The notes under the pieces were generated by a model. The model saw nothing but the letters and a program-made list of their open reading frames with translations, made no database searches and was not told where the DNA came from. This document shows positions 35,501 to 46,334 of a stretch of DNA of 48,838 bases, in pieces. The DNA lies in NCBI GenBank assembly GCA_032718475.1, contig JAUCBJ010005938.1:1-48838 (forward strand), read 5' to 3'. Each line of letters opens with the position of its first letter. The first letter of the stretch is position 1. The position numbers and the translations under genes were made by a program. Source of the stretch: Nemertoderma westbladi. Lineage: Eukaryota; Animalia; Xenacoelomorpha.

Positions 35501-38500
35501 AATATATATTGATGTTGATATGATTATGAAGCGCAAATTATGAGAGATAGGTAGTTAACTCCACTGTCTGTGCTTGGAATCCAATGCATGGAACGATATA
35601 GGCTGTATTAATGCCACCATATGTGTATTATTTTGTCATTTTTGCCACTCTGTTTCAGTTTAAATTTTCCCTATCTTTTATTACATTCCAACAAGATATA
35701 TATAGGCCAAATGTAAGGTAAAACCCATGGAACATACTGTACTGTAATCAATCTAGACACGACCTAAAAACGAAACTTGTCCAGAGCATGAAAGAGACGG
35801 TAATGAGTTCAGTTTTAGTTGACTTTGTTGACCAGGGAGTTCCTTCACGGGCCGCTAAGCCCGTTTCTAGTATCAAGATATCGGTACAGTAAACTATGAC
35901 AACAACACACCATTGGCTTGACAATTTAAAATGAGCGAATAAAATGCATACTGAGACCTGAGACCACATATGGGTTCATGTTAAAATAAACCTCAGTCCC
36001 ATCCACGTGACAATTAGCAAATTGTGTCGCCCATGTGAAGAATACCAGGATTTCACTTTTCGGTCGACTTTTTATTGCAATTTTATATATGATGATTTTT
36101 AATTTTTCTTAATTTATCTCTATTAAGTGTTTTAGCGCTTATTTCCGTCTTATAACCTGTATATATACTAATTTGTTTATTGTTTTGGTTAGATTCAGCC
36201 CTTCTGTAACCTGTGTTTTTGGTAAAAACCTGGTACTCTTCACATGGCGGTAACTGCAAAGTGAAATATAACGGCAGAAAGTCTGGTATTCTTCACATGG
36301 GGGTAACTGCAAAGTGAAATATAACGGCAGAAAGTCTGGTATTCTTCACATGGGGGTAACTGCAAAGTGAAATATAACGGCAGAAAGTCTGGTATTCTTC
36401 ACATGGGGGTATCTGCAAAGTGAAATATAACGGCAGAAAGTCTGGTATTCTTCACATGGGTGTAACTGCAAAGTGAAATATAACGGCAGAAAGTCTGGTA
36501 TTCTTCATATGGGCCGTTTATGTGAACATGACATAATGATTAAAACGTTCGAATATTTATACAATCTGTTTCCTGCCTCGAATTACATTAATCTGTAAAA
36601 AATATGGTCTAGGTATATCACTATCATGGTGCCCCATCCGCGAGGTTTTAACATGAAAATAAAAGCTAGAAATATATTGAAATGGTAGAATTTCTATGCC
36701 GCGATCGCGTTTTATAAGATACCACATATTCGGCAATGTAATGGCCTATCTAGCCCCTTGTCTCTGTAATGCTACCGTATCTGTAATGCAATCTGCCCAT
36801 CCCCTCCTCCATCCCAATATGGCCACACGACCTCTATTATCATCTATGACGCCACTCTTCCTCTTCTCCACACAAGTCTTCTGCCCTGTTAACTCCAAGA
36901 CCCCAACGGCCTTCCCTTCAGGAATATTAGTTGTCTTAACCTTTACGACTTTAGGTTTGGTCTTGGTGATTAAGTTAATTAATTTATAATTTTTAATTAA
37001 TTTTGTATAATTTGTACCTCATAACTGAGCCTCGTGCTGCTCGAAGGCCCCACGAACGTGTTGATTCCATACAAACTACCGATAACAAGGCATATCTCAA
37101 AAGCAACGGCAATTCACAAATTAAATAAATTGGTAAATTAACTTCAGAAGTAACGGACGGGACAAAATCATGAACCAAAAAATGAAAATCGAAATTAGTA
37201 GATAACTCGTTTTCTTTCGATAATTTTGCTTATTCAGTACCGGGACCTAATAGGTATAGGCAATGATATTATATTCTATATTTGGGTGTCACGAGCAATC
37301 GCACAAGCCACACCGAAAAGTAGTAATTCCAAGTTGGATTTTGGAAATTGCGTCCCTTCCGTGACACTTATATCCTTATGTCGATTACTTTTTAACGAAC
37401 TTCAATTCTCTAGAGTCTATGTGATGCCAGTGTCACAATGTGTCATGGATGCTTTTTATTTTGGCATTGTCCCTTGTGTGATGTATAAGGAAATGGAAAG
37501 GAGCAAATAACATTTTACACATTATTAGCTTATAACTCCATGTCCTCTATACATCAAATTCCCAAAATCTTTCCGTTTTCCCTTTTTATCCATTTCTTAC
37601 ATGAATGAATACCCTGACATTTCAAGTGAAAGAAATTCTACACAATTATTCCGGAAAGGTGACAGACAGATAAGTGGCAAACGTGTTTATCCAATTTGAA
37701 TGGTGTTAAAGTATGAAGAGTGGAGACGGAAAGCGATATCAATATAGACAAAATTTATCGGTAACAGATAATTTCTTATTACACCACATTATCATAACAC
37801 CACAACAGCATATGTACTTGTCTATTGAACACGAATTAACCGAATTATCCAAGATAAACTTAATGGAATATTGTTATCGGAATCGTTTCAAACAAAATTC
37901 AAACTTGGTTCCCATGGACTTTGTGTACCATTTCTTAGATTAGGCCACTGCCCTGCCCTTTATGAGTAATTAATACCATTTTAATGGGAAATCTAGGGGG
38001 AACGTGCTGCTATACTTATAGAAAAGCTGAAAGATGGGTAATTCACGGAAGGGTGGCAACGCGCTACCAATAATAAAATATCATTTATTGATTATATTAT
38101 TTATGTAAAAAAAAGTTAAAATTTGTATCCTTCAGATGGTGTACGTACGGACAATTCCGACTCCGACAATTCCGACTCGGATAATTCCGACTCGGACAAT
38201 TCCGACCCGGATAATTCCGACCCGGATAATTCCGACTCGGACAATTCCAACCCATTCAGAGATCGAAGGAAACGTTCATGGGTCGGAATTAATTGGCCGG
38301 GTCGGAATTGTCCGGTTCCAGCATAGGACAATTCCGACCCAAATAATTAAAAAAAAAATAATAATAAATAATAATTTTATTTAAAATACATTTTTTTATT
38401 ATTCACATAAGATTGCAGTATCCATGGATACACTTCGTGTATAAGATAACCGGAACCCACACTCTACCATTGATTATCGTTTGGTGTAATGTGAACGAAA

Positions 38501-40351
38501 TATTAAGTCTAATAAACTATCCAATTCAGAAACGGCCGCTGCTCGACTATATTGGAAGAATTAACGACGTCTCTAATATTATAAGCCAAATTTGCAATGC
38601 AAATGATAATTGTTTGCCGCACCTTTAAGCTAAATATATTTATATGTTGTGAAGTTTTTCGAGAGCGTTGACCTTCCAACGCCATACCCCGGAATAAATA
38701 CCTATAGTAAACATAAACTTCCATTAACATTGGCAAACCTTCGACCATAATTACCTTAATATTAATTATTATTATCCAAAATATCAACCCTTATCACTAT
38801 AGTTACCAACCTAGCAGTCTCTTTCCATTCCAGTTCCCCTTCGTCCCCAGTATACTTAAGTTCGTCCATTTCGCAGAAGACTTCATGAGGCTTATGGTCT
38901 TCGTCATCCTAAAGAAATATTAATATTATTAATAATAATAATCATTAATAATTATAAGCATATCGGTTTAATATCGGAATTCCTTCACAAATAAATATAT
39001 TTAGCTTAATAATTAATCCACAGCAACTTGCGATTATACCAAACTCAGCACGGGGTAGGGGCAGTCATTTTCATTTATTAGAATTACAACAAACAAATAT
39101 TTATATATGAAACAAACCCAAAATTATTCCTTAAATTAATAGACCGGGTGTTATACACCAGTATTAAAGAAACAAATTTGATTTTAAGTGTTGGGGCGGC
39201 AGCTGACTGGTATTTATAGAAACGATACCAATCAATATCTTAATCTATTACCGGTAGTTATATATTTATAAATAAAGTAGCAATAGTAATTTCATTAATG
39301 TTAGTATAGGTCACATAAAAACAGGGTTCAGTGGACATGAAGTTACGTTGTAGTAAGTTATGTGCCCATATCAATGGAGTAACCATATTTAGAGCTAATA
39401 TTAGGTAAGACCAAAAGTGATTAAGAATAATTAATTAATAATTTATGACGTATATTGTGGCCAACAGGCCTGTATTTAACGTCTAAATGTTTAAACACCA
39501 AAATGACAGTTACAGTAAAAGGCGTATGTATGTATGTCATGAAACTTGATGTAACATGAAGTATGTTACAACATGTACAAACACCAGTATAGTACGGTAT
39601 ATATCTAGGGACATTTTACAGTTAAATCCGAATCGAATGACATTGTCCCGTAGGTCGACCCTCGACCCATCCCACTCCCGCCAACATCACAATCCCATCG
39701 TAACATACAAAGGGTCGACCCGCGACCCATCCCACTCCCGCCACCATCACAATCACAATCCCATCGGAACTTACAAAGGGTCGACCCGCGACCCATCCCA
39801 CTCCCGCCACCATCACAATCCCATAGTAACATACAAAGGGTCGACCCGCGACCCATCCCACTCCCGCCACCATCACAATCCCATCGGAACTTACAAAGGG
39901 TCGACCCTCGACCCATCCCACTCCCGCCACCATCACAATCCCATCGTAACTTACAAAGGGTCGACCCGCGACCCATCCCACTCCCGCCGCCATCACAATC
40001 CCATCGTAACATACAAAACAAAGGGTCGACCCGCGACCCATCCCACTCCCGCCACCATCACAATCCCATCGGAACTTACAAAGGGTCGATACTCGACCCT
40101 TCCCACTCCCGCCGCCATCACAATCCCATCGTAACATACAAAGGGTCGACCCGCGACCATCCCACTCCCGCCACCATCACAATTCCATCGGAACTTACAA
40201 AGCCAGAAATTATTGTTTTCATCATGACACCGTCGTCATCAACGTCCTCATCCATAACCATCGAGCGATACGATCTGTTCTGGAATAAACCCAACATCCC
40301 CGGCCCATTATCGCTCCCCTCAGCTGACTGATTCAATACGCTCAACATCAT
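8839..40351 (-). CDS. SLC4: SLC4-family sodium-coupled bicarbonate transporter (NCBT; NDAE1/SLC4A7/8/10-like), spliced gene. Core exons 40351-40199, 38908-38811, 32172-32007, 29371-29226, 26330-26247, 11518-8839 give 1108 aa. Optional exons: 25458-25417, 24524-24480 and possibly 13160-13089
   Basis: All core junctions are GT-AG and phase-compatible (0,2,0,2,2). SLC4 motifs WKETAR|[31 protein letters not shown] and [11 protein letters not shown] are present. NCBT-type features are FMDQQIT (Asp where anion exchangers have Glu) and a 4-Cys extracellular loop. The exact orthologue cannot be assigned by eye. Confidence 0.93.
13089..13160 (-). CDS. Candidate 72-nt symmetric cassette exon (phase 2-2: [23 protein letters not shown])
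   Basis: GC-rich island in an AT-rich intron, bounded by TTATTATAG| and CAGG|GTATTA. Length is a multiple of 3 with no stop, but there is no homology support. Confidence 0.35.
13927..23010. repeat. Intronic satellite array, 53-bp unit TAGAACTGTAGGGGCTAAATTACTTCAGTTTTATATTAAAGTTACTCACTTAC, about 170 near-identical copies
   Basis: Directly visible. Period is 53 (TAGGGGC at 13961 and 14014) and there are no unique spacers. Confidence 0.99.
23178..24181. repeat. Compound minisatellite of 23-28-bp subunits with core CA(C/T)TCAAGTG(A/G)CATTCA and higher-order blocks
   Basis: Directly visible. Repeat-derived ORFs start at 23415, 23593 and 23849 (offsets 178 and 256). Confidence 0.95.
24480..24524 (-). 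CDS. SLC4: Probable SLC4 45-nt micro-exon (phase 2-2: [15 protein letters not shown])
   Basis: Strong acceptor TTTCTTCTCATTCTCGTTTAG| and donor AAG|GTAAGG. It preserves frame and the peptide resembles the neighbouring micro-exon. Confidence 0.65.
25417..25458 (-). CDS. SLC4: Probable SLC4 42-nt micro-exon (phase 2-2: [14 protein letters not shown])
   Basis: Acceptor TTTTATTTTATCGTTTAG| and donor CAG|GTGAGT. Only the required frame is open. Confidence 0.75.
26247..26330 (-). CDS. SLC4: SLC4 coding exon 5 (84 nt; [27 protein letters not shown])
   Basis: TTTTATCAG| ... GG|GTGAGT. Matches the conserved RSLA(D/E)IGK motif. Confidence 0.9.
26406..27298. mobile_element. MITE-like element with inverted subterminal GGACAATTCGTACCC repeats, host of a nested MITE
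   Basis: GGACAATTCGTACCC and GGGTACGAATTGTCC clusters occur at both ends, with GGAG...CTCC termini. No TSD is evident. Confidence 0.7.
26634..27149. mobile_element. PIF/Harbinger (Tourist-like) MITE with long TIRs
   Basis: GGCCCCCCTCACACGGAGCAACTTGTTTC... is mirrored at the right end for about 100 bp. TTA duplication on both sides (26631-26633 and 27150-27152). Confidence 0.92.
29226..29371 (-). CDS. SLC4: SLC4 coding exon 4 (146 nt; [10 protein letters not shown]...[25 protein letters not shown])
   Basis: AATATTAG| ... AG|GTAAGG, phase 0 to 2. Homologous to the LLRKHRHQ region of NCBTs. Confidence 0.92.
31537..31700. mobile_element. MITE family M1, right-hand fragment
   Basis: Matches 36135-36514 and ends CTGGTATTCTTCACATGGGC. 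Confidence 0.75.
32007..32172 (-). CDS. SLC4: SLC4 coding exon 3 (166 nt; [32 protein letters not shown]...DMIADK)
   Basis: ATTTTTAG| ... AAG|GTAATA. Highly conserved SLC4 motif. Confidence 0.97.
32245..32658 (+). mobile_element. RTE-like LINE family B fragment, truncated at both ends
   Basis: Near-identical to about 48340-48746 ([17 protein letters not shown]). It stops about 20 nt short of the stop codon and tail. Confidence 0.92.
36029..36514. mobile_element. MITE family M1, complete, with its right end amplified as 5 x 53-bp tandem units
   Basis: TIR GCCCATGTGAAGAATACCAG ... CTGGTATTCTTCATATGGGC. Unit boundaries at 36245, 36298, 36351, 36404, 36457 and 36510. Confidence 0.9.
38138..38340. 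mobile_element. MITE-like element built of 15-bp GGA(C/T)AATTCCGAC(T/C)C repeats (about 7 tandem plus inverted copies)
   Basis: Tandem block 38149-38250 and inverted GGGTCGGAATT copies at 38280-38315. Same architecture as 26406-27298. Confidence 0.75.
38811..38908 (-). CDS. SLC4: SLC4 coding exon 2 (98 nt; [33 protein letters not shown])
   Basis: TTTCTTTAG| ... AG|GTTGGT. Conserved FxE(L/M)DEL...WKETAR. Confidence 0.95.
39652..40200. repeat. Minisatellite, about 60-bp unit x 9, starting at the donor of coding exon 1
   Basis: Unit AGGGTCGACCCGCGACCCATCCCACTCCCGCCACCATCACAATCCCATCG(G/T)AAC(T/A)TACAA. Confidence 0.95.
40199..40351 (-). CDS. SLC4: Probable first coding exon of SLC4 (51 aa; [12 protein letters not shown]...[19 protein letters not shown])
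   Basis: The ATG is preceded by an in-frame TAG. Donor TTT|GTAAGT is phase 0, matching exon 2. A possible upstream acceptor TTTTCAG| lies at 40380-40381. The start Met is uncertain. Confidence 0.75.
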
Positions 40352-41066
40352 ATTTAACTACATATATTATACACACAATCTGAAAATTTAATTTTGAAGA
40401 GGAACGTTTGAGGGTCTTCTACCACAAGCAACTCGCTCGCGACTTCGCTGTAAATCGTCCTCTCATATCGCAGTTTCGTAATATATTTAATAGCAGACGC
40501 AAAAAGTACTTTCAACTAATAAAAAATAATAGTTTACTTCACCGTATTTGTATAGGGTTGTATGGTAACTAAAAAGTACTCAAAAATGCAAACGTTTTTA
40601 AACAATGCAGCGAACTCTGACTGGAACAAACAGCACAATGTATGTGACACACATTTCATGCAGATTATAGCAGAAGTAGCAGAACAATTTGCTAACTTTG
40701 CGCAGTCAACAGGTCAACATTCATTGACTCTATAAATATTTGTATAATTTATCAAACAACATATTTCGGATACTCGTCTGTCGTCTCGTTACCGCCGAAT
40801 CACTAATACTTCAACTGAACAATGTCGTTTAAGAAGTTGGACAAACAAGATTGTAAACGCCCAGTTTCCAGTTTATAGCATACAAAGTCGGCATTATACA
40901 ATACCGATCGATATCTCTTAAAGTCTGCCGCGTTTTTGCATGAAATGTGTTTCACCTTATACCTCAATATTCAGATATTTGTAGATGAATGTTAAAATCA
41001 ACAAGATAGATGAAGAAAAGATGAGAAAATCATCTTCAATATAGCGGCAGTTCGTAGACAGGCAGA

Positions 41067-41299
41067 GTTATAGTTCATATGCGTACCTCTGGTATTTTCG
41101 TATTGCAAAAATAAGACTATAAGTATGAAATACCCTATGTTATTGAGATATTGTTTATTGTTTTGGTTAGAAAAGGCCACCACTGTAACCTGCTCCTTTC
41201 CGTTAATTAAGTAATGGAGATTAGTTTATTGTTTTGGTTAGAAAACACCACCACTGTAACCTGCTTATTTTGCCAGAGGTACGCATATGAACGAAAACC
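41067..41299. mobile_element. MITE family M2, copy 1
   Basis: TIR GTTCATATGCGTACCTCTGG...CCAGAGGTACGCATATGAAC, with an internal duplication of about 71 bp. Confidence 0.88.
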
Positions 41300-42408
41300 A
41301 CAGGCAGAAGTAGGCCCTACACCTTCTGGCACCGACTGCAAAATACTTTTATATTAGGCCTACCTACTCCTACAACACAAGTCCTACATAGAATGTTTGT
41401 AGTTCAGTAGTTTGCCGGTAGTTTAGTTTACCCAAACGAATTAGAAGAGGCGCTTGTTGCTTTGCCTATCATGGCAATGGCTGTTCTCTGTTCTGTAGCA
41501 TGTAGGGAAGTGGGAAGTATGGAACAATATTTTCATTAAAATTTGCTCTATTCATATAACAACCACTCTAACACTAAAAGGGTACGGTAATGATTGCTGG
41601 ATTGATATCCCGCAAATTTTAGTACGAACTGTGGGCTGGGCCTGTTACAAGTGTATGGACTGGCCTACTGCAGTACTGCTACTGTACTGCCAGACTGCTG
41701 CACTGGTATAGATGATACAGCAGTACAGGGCAGCAGGGATAGCAGTTCTAATCCAGTACGCAGGTACATCTGCTGACTAGTCTGTCTGTCAGTCCGTAGT
41801 CAATATAGTTCTGTAGTTTGAGACCTATTTTTTACTGCAGGCCGGAATTTCAAATTATTAGGGCTACCGGCAGACCGGTACAACGACAGAATGAGCCGTT
41901 AAAGAATGCATAGGGCAGGGCCTATTTAGCAATATTTAACCATCTCTCCTGGCACCTGGCGTAGCACATTTGTGCGCCAGCTCCCGGCGCAAGTTGAAAT
42001 GCAGAGCCGAACGTGTTCGGTGTACATGTAAAACTTTTCAATAGGGTAACGTATTGATGACTGAGTTCGTGAGTTGGCCTACGTCAATAGACCTACTACT
42101 ACATGTACTACTGTACAGCTGTACTAATGTACTAAATTACTACGTACGTAGTATAAATACTACGTTGTAGTATTTAGGTATAGGGCCATCATCTGGCCAT
42201 GGCAGCATGGCAATGGGTCTACCCCAGTACCCTACCTTCTTTACTACGTACTAAGCCTATCGCCTATGTACCGTACCGCCAGACTGGTAGGCCTACCATA
42301 CAGCCATACCCATGCTGCGCTGCAATGGCCTACTACTGTACTACCGGTACAGTACTAAAAGATTAGTTTTTAGTGCCGCGTACCGGTAGGCCATGCCATT
42401 ATTAGTCA

Positions 42409-42661
42409 GTTATAGTTCATATCCGTACCGGTACCTGTGGTAATTTCGTATTGCAAAAATAAGACTATAAGTACAGAAGTATGAAATACGAAATACCCTA
42501 TGTTATTGAGATATTGTTTATTGTTTTGGTTAGAAAAGCCCATCACTGTAACCTGCTCCTTTCCGTTAATTAAGTAATGGAGATTAGTTTATTGTTTTGG
42601 TTAGAAAACACCACCACTGTAACCTGCTTCTTTTGCCACAGGTACGCATATGAATGATAAC
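42409..42661. mobile_element. MITE family M2, copy 2
   Basis: Colinear with 41067-41299, with small insertions. Confidence 0.88.
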
Positions 42662-43104
42662 CCCATTACCAGTGCTTGGCAGCATTGCAGCACAGCAGCA
42701 TGGCACATGGTCAGTCTCAGCACTCATCAGGCAGTCAAGGTGATGGGCTGGTGCGGTGCCTGCTGCGCTGCCTGGCTGCGCTTAGTGGTAGGTTGTAGGT
42801 AAGTGGTAGTGGTGCCATTCACACTTGATAGCCTATCTGCAGATCTAGGCTACCGCTACCGCTACCGATAACCTATCTACCATCTACCGATCTCACATTA
42901 ACCTGATAGCTAGCTACCTGGCAGGAACTGCAACTGTCTGACTGTGAGTGTGACATTGACATGGTGTGTGGTGAAAACGGTTACAAAATATCTGAATATT
43001 ATCAACAAGGACAGCCTGACACTGACAGCATGCAATACTGCAATACACAATAATAAACACTGAATAAAAATTTAGTTAAATGGAACTAATGAGCAATACC
43101 CCTT

Positions 43105-43230
43105 CTGCATATTGGCCAGGAATCGCCAATCACTAGGCAATAGCTAGGCAGCCAATGACGTCAGACGCTGGTATTGGATGAATTGCCTGGGAAATAACAC
43201 CCTAGCGGTGTATTATGACGGCGGCCGCTG
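43105..43230. promoter_or_regulatory. Promoter-like cluster: four CCAAT/ATTGG boxes and a full CRE (TGACGTCA)
   Basis: ATTGG at 43111, CCAAT at 43126, CCAAT at 43152, TGACGTCA at 43156-43163 and ATTGG at 43173. Lies about 2.8 kb upstream of the SLC4 ATG. Confidence 0.5.
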
Positions 43231-43971
43231 TTGAGTCAGTATCCCTGATGCTGAGAATACGGGCCTCTTCCCAGTGCCCATGCAGTTGCTGTGATACAAC
43301 TTTAATTAATTCGAGGAAATAATAGTATAAGCTACTGGCTGACTGGGTAGTGAATTTAGCATTCTACGGTTCCTGGGAAACCACTAGATACACGACACCT
43401 CATACTCATTCACAGCCGATACCTCAATCTTGGTAGCCAATGCGGACGCGCGGGTGGTGTAAGATTGGAGGGACCATGCTTTGTTCTGCAGTTTTGTGGT
43501 GTTTCTTTTTTTATAAATATAGATGTCTATAATTGCTCATTTTCATGATTTAATAAATTTACCGGTAAGATTAATTAAAAATTCACAGCCCAGCCAGTAG
43601 GAATCCGACCACCACCAGAGCTCCACACTGTTAGTGTAATAGTGTAAAGTTATAATAACAAAAATTCCGTGGTCCTTCCCATGCACGTGTTTCCATTTGT
43701 GTATTTGAGAAGGTGTGTGGGGTGGTGCGTTGTACTTGTGAGTCAAGTAAAGTAGCGAATGTAGCATGGCAGGGGGTGGCTCATGTTATAGATAATGATG
43801 CGTAATGTGAAGTAGATTGAAAATACTGCATTCAAAATTCGCCTTATCTTGCGGTTATGGGATCGAGCCCCGCATGGGGCCAGGGAAATGTTAAGTTCTG
43901 GAGAATGCTTTAAGGGACCATCCAGGACTCAGGACTTACTTGCAACTTGCAAGTAATGATATATAAATTAT

Positions 43972-44084
43972 CGCTATAAAACACTCAAGGAGAAATTGAA
44001 AGAAATACAAATTTTTCACAAATATTTTATTATATATGTGAAAAATTTGTTTTTTTTCAATTTCTCCTTGAGTGCTTTATAGCG
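43972..44084. repeat. Long near-perfect inverted repeat (about 49-bp arms, about 16-nt loop)
   Basis: CGCTATAAAACACTCAAGGAGAAATTGAA...TTCAATTTCTCCTTGAGTGCTTTATAGCG. Confidence 0.9.
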
Positions 44085-45420
44085 CTTATTTCCATCTTAT
44101 TATAACATATACATATACTAATTCGTTTATTGTTTTGGTTAGATTCATCCGTTTTGTAACCTGGACGTTCCAACGGGCGCACTCAACCGGAAATGCCATG
44201 CAATCGAAAAAACGACCAAATTATAGGAATATATTATTATCGGAACTTTATAGCATCCAGTTTCTTACTTCTGTTTGTATGTCCAAATTTGTGTTGGTAA
44301 ACCGTAAGAGACCAATGGTTTACAATGTTTTCAGAATTATGGCGTCTTACAATATTATGGTTTGCCGCTAGGCAGCGCTAAATATAACGTTGTCTGCTTA
44401 TTAACTTTTGACTCAAATTAAATCAATTTTGATAAAACTATTATATACTGTAATGGCCTATGAAAGGTTTTCAATTAATCGAAACAGTTTCTAGGGTTTT
44501 ACAATTCCATGGTTCTCCGCTAGAGGTGCTAAATCACTCTAACATACTCAAAGGTCAAAGCTACATCAAATACTCAAAGCCCATTATCATTTGGTGAAAA
44601 ATAAGCAAAAAGAAACCAACACATTTTTGTTTATTTATATTTAAGATATAATTGAACATGTGTAACAGTATAAAGGTACATGAGCTATATACCTAGGGAT
44701 GTTATTACGGTGCCTGACGCTGACATGTCTGTGTGGACTTTACTTATTATAGAACGCCATGGCGAAAGGCAATTAATATATAATAGGCCTACTCACAAAT
44801 AGTAAATCAGCCAGCACCACCTTACAATAACTTAGACGCCATGCGTACTACAGTACCAACATGCATATGTATTTAACAAGTTTCAATTGATATTGAATTG
44901 AATCAATACTTCTTAATAATAAAATTATTATAATAATAATAAACTCCCTTCTTAATAATAAAATTTAATATCTCCCTTAAATAAAACAATCATTTTTAGC
45001 AACTCCGAGCCTAGCACCCCCCCCCCCCCCCCCCCCCTTAAAATGCTAAAATGCTACGAAATTTGGTATGATTGTAGTACAACAACTTTTCCTACTGCTG
45101 GCAGGGCCGGATTTTTCAATTTTAAAATTATTTAGCTACAACAAGCCGTTGAAAATGCCCCTTTATAAAAATTTAACCACCTCAATCGGCTTTATTTTTC
45201 GTCTTTGTCATGAAATCCAGATATCATCAGAAGCGCCTTAATCTGCAAAATTCCGAATCTGAAAACCGTTTTAAATTTCACACAAAATTGCCATAGATAT
45301 TAAAAAATTTCTAAGGTGTGAAATAGATATATAAATCGATAAAATTAATTTGTTCTTTTTTATTTTTCTATAATATTATTCATAGATATTATAATTAATT
45401 AATGAAAATGAAATATTATA

Positions 45421-45599
45421 AAGCCCACCAGGGTATCCATTATACCGCTGGGTTGGCGTCGGCAGTCGGCACTAATGTAAGTGTTTTGCCGAGGCACAAC
45501 AGTGCGAAATATCTAGAGCCTCTAGTCGGATTTGAACCTGCGCCACCAAACACTATTGTGTAAGCAGTGCAGGCGCTGTATCCACTCGGACAACGGGAC
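45421..45599 (-). mobile_element. tRNA-derived SINE (family S3, CORE-like body), 3' part missing
   Basis: Minus strand carries A-box TGTCCGAGTGG, B-box GGTTCAAATCC, then GTGCCTCGGCAAAACACTTA...CCCAGCGGTATAATGG. Confidence 0.8.
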
Positions 45600-45711
45600 A
45601 TTCATCAACCTTTTCGTTCGATTTGTTCGTACTGTTGGAAAAATAGGAATTCCGTTGAAAAATAGCTGAAATATGAGCGTTCAAAAGTTGCATGGTTTTG
45701 CATCTGCGCGA

Positions 45712-45866
45712 TGCTATTTTATTCTATTTATTAAGTACACCATATTCTAGAACATTATGTTTATGAATTGCTACGTGATCGTATGATTAAAGAGGCCAAC
45801 TACGTATGGGATGAACAAAATGTTCCAGAATAATATGGTGTATTTATTAAATCGAATAAAATAGCA
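45712..45866. mobile_element. Small foldback MITE (about 45-bp imperfect TIRs)
   Basis: TGCTATTTTATTCTATTTATTAAGTACACCATATTC... is mirrored by ...ATATGGTGTATTTATTAAATCGAATAAAATAGCA. Confidence 0.75.
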
Positions 45867-46334
45867 CCCAGCAAGGAGGAGGGAGGTGAAACTATCTTTG
45901 TTCCAAATTTCATGCAATCTCATTAAGATTTGTTAAAAAAAAAATTTTTTTTTTTTGGGGGGGGGGGGGGGTGGGGAACCTGAGGTGCCTGAATAACGAC
46001 ACTATATTCCAGGACATGGCGTATTTATTGATTGAATATTCCATAACATTTATTATTATTTAGCTGAGCGTTTAAAACTCAGTAAGAAAATTTGTCGAAC
46101 TATCTTCATAACAAATTTCGTAGCATTTTATTGAAATTAAAAAAAAACTAGGTGGGTGGGGGGGGGGGGGGGGGGGGTATTGTGTGTAATTAGTTGTATA
46201 CTGTGTATCACTGCATGGGCATTTCAACTAATTGAAGATTTATATGGCGAATCTAACTATACCACTATTAAATAAATATGAATAGCAGTAATAACATTAG
46301 AAATTAATGACATATTATATATAATATTAATAAC

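Noticed and set aside
36245-36510. Common origin of the MITE 53-bp unit and the 53-bp satellite
   Set aside because: Same length, but no convincing similarity by eye beyond GGGG.TAA.
38116-38384. Ser/Asp-rich (DNSDS)n biomineral-like peptide
   Set aside because: 15-bp subrepeats of a MITE-like element with inverted copies.
39556-40137. Repetitive 138-192-aa ORFs on both strands
   Set aside because: They arise from a stop-poor 60-bp tandem unit.
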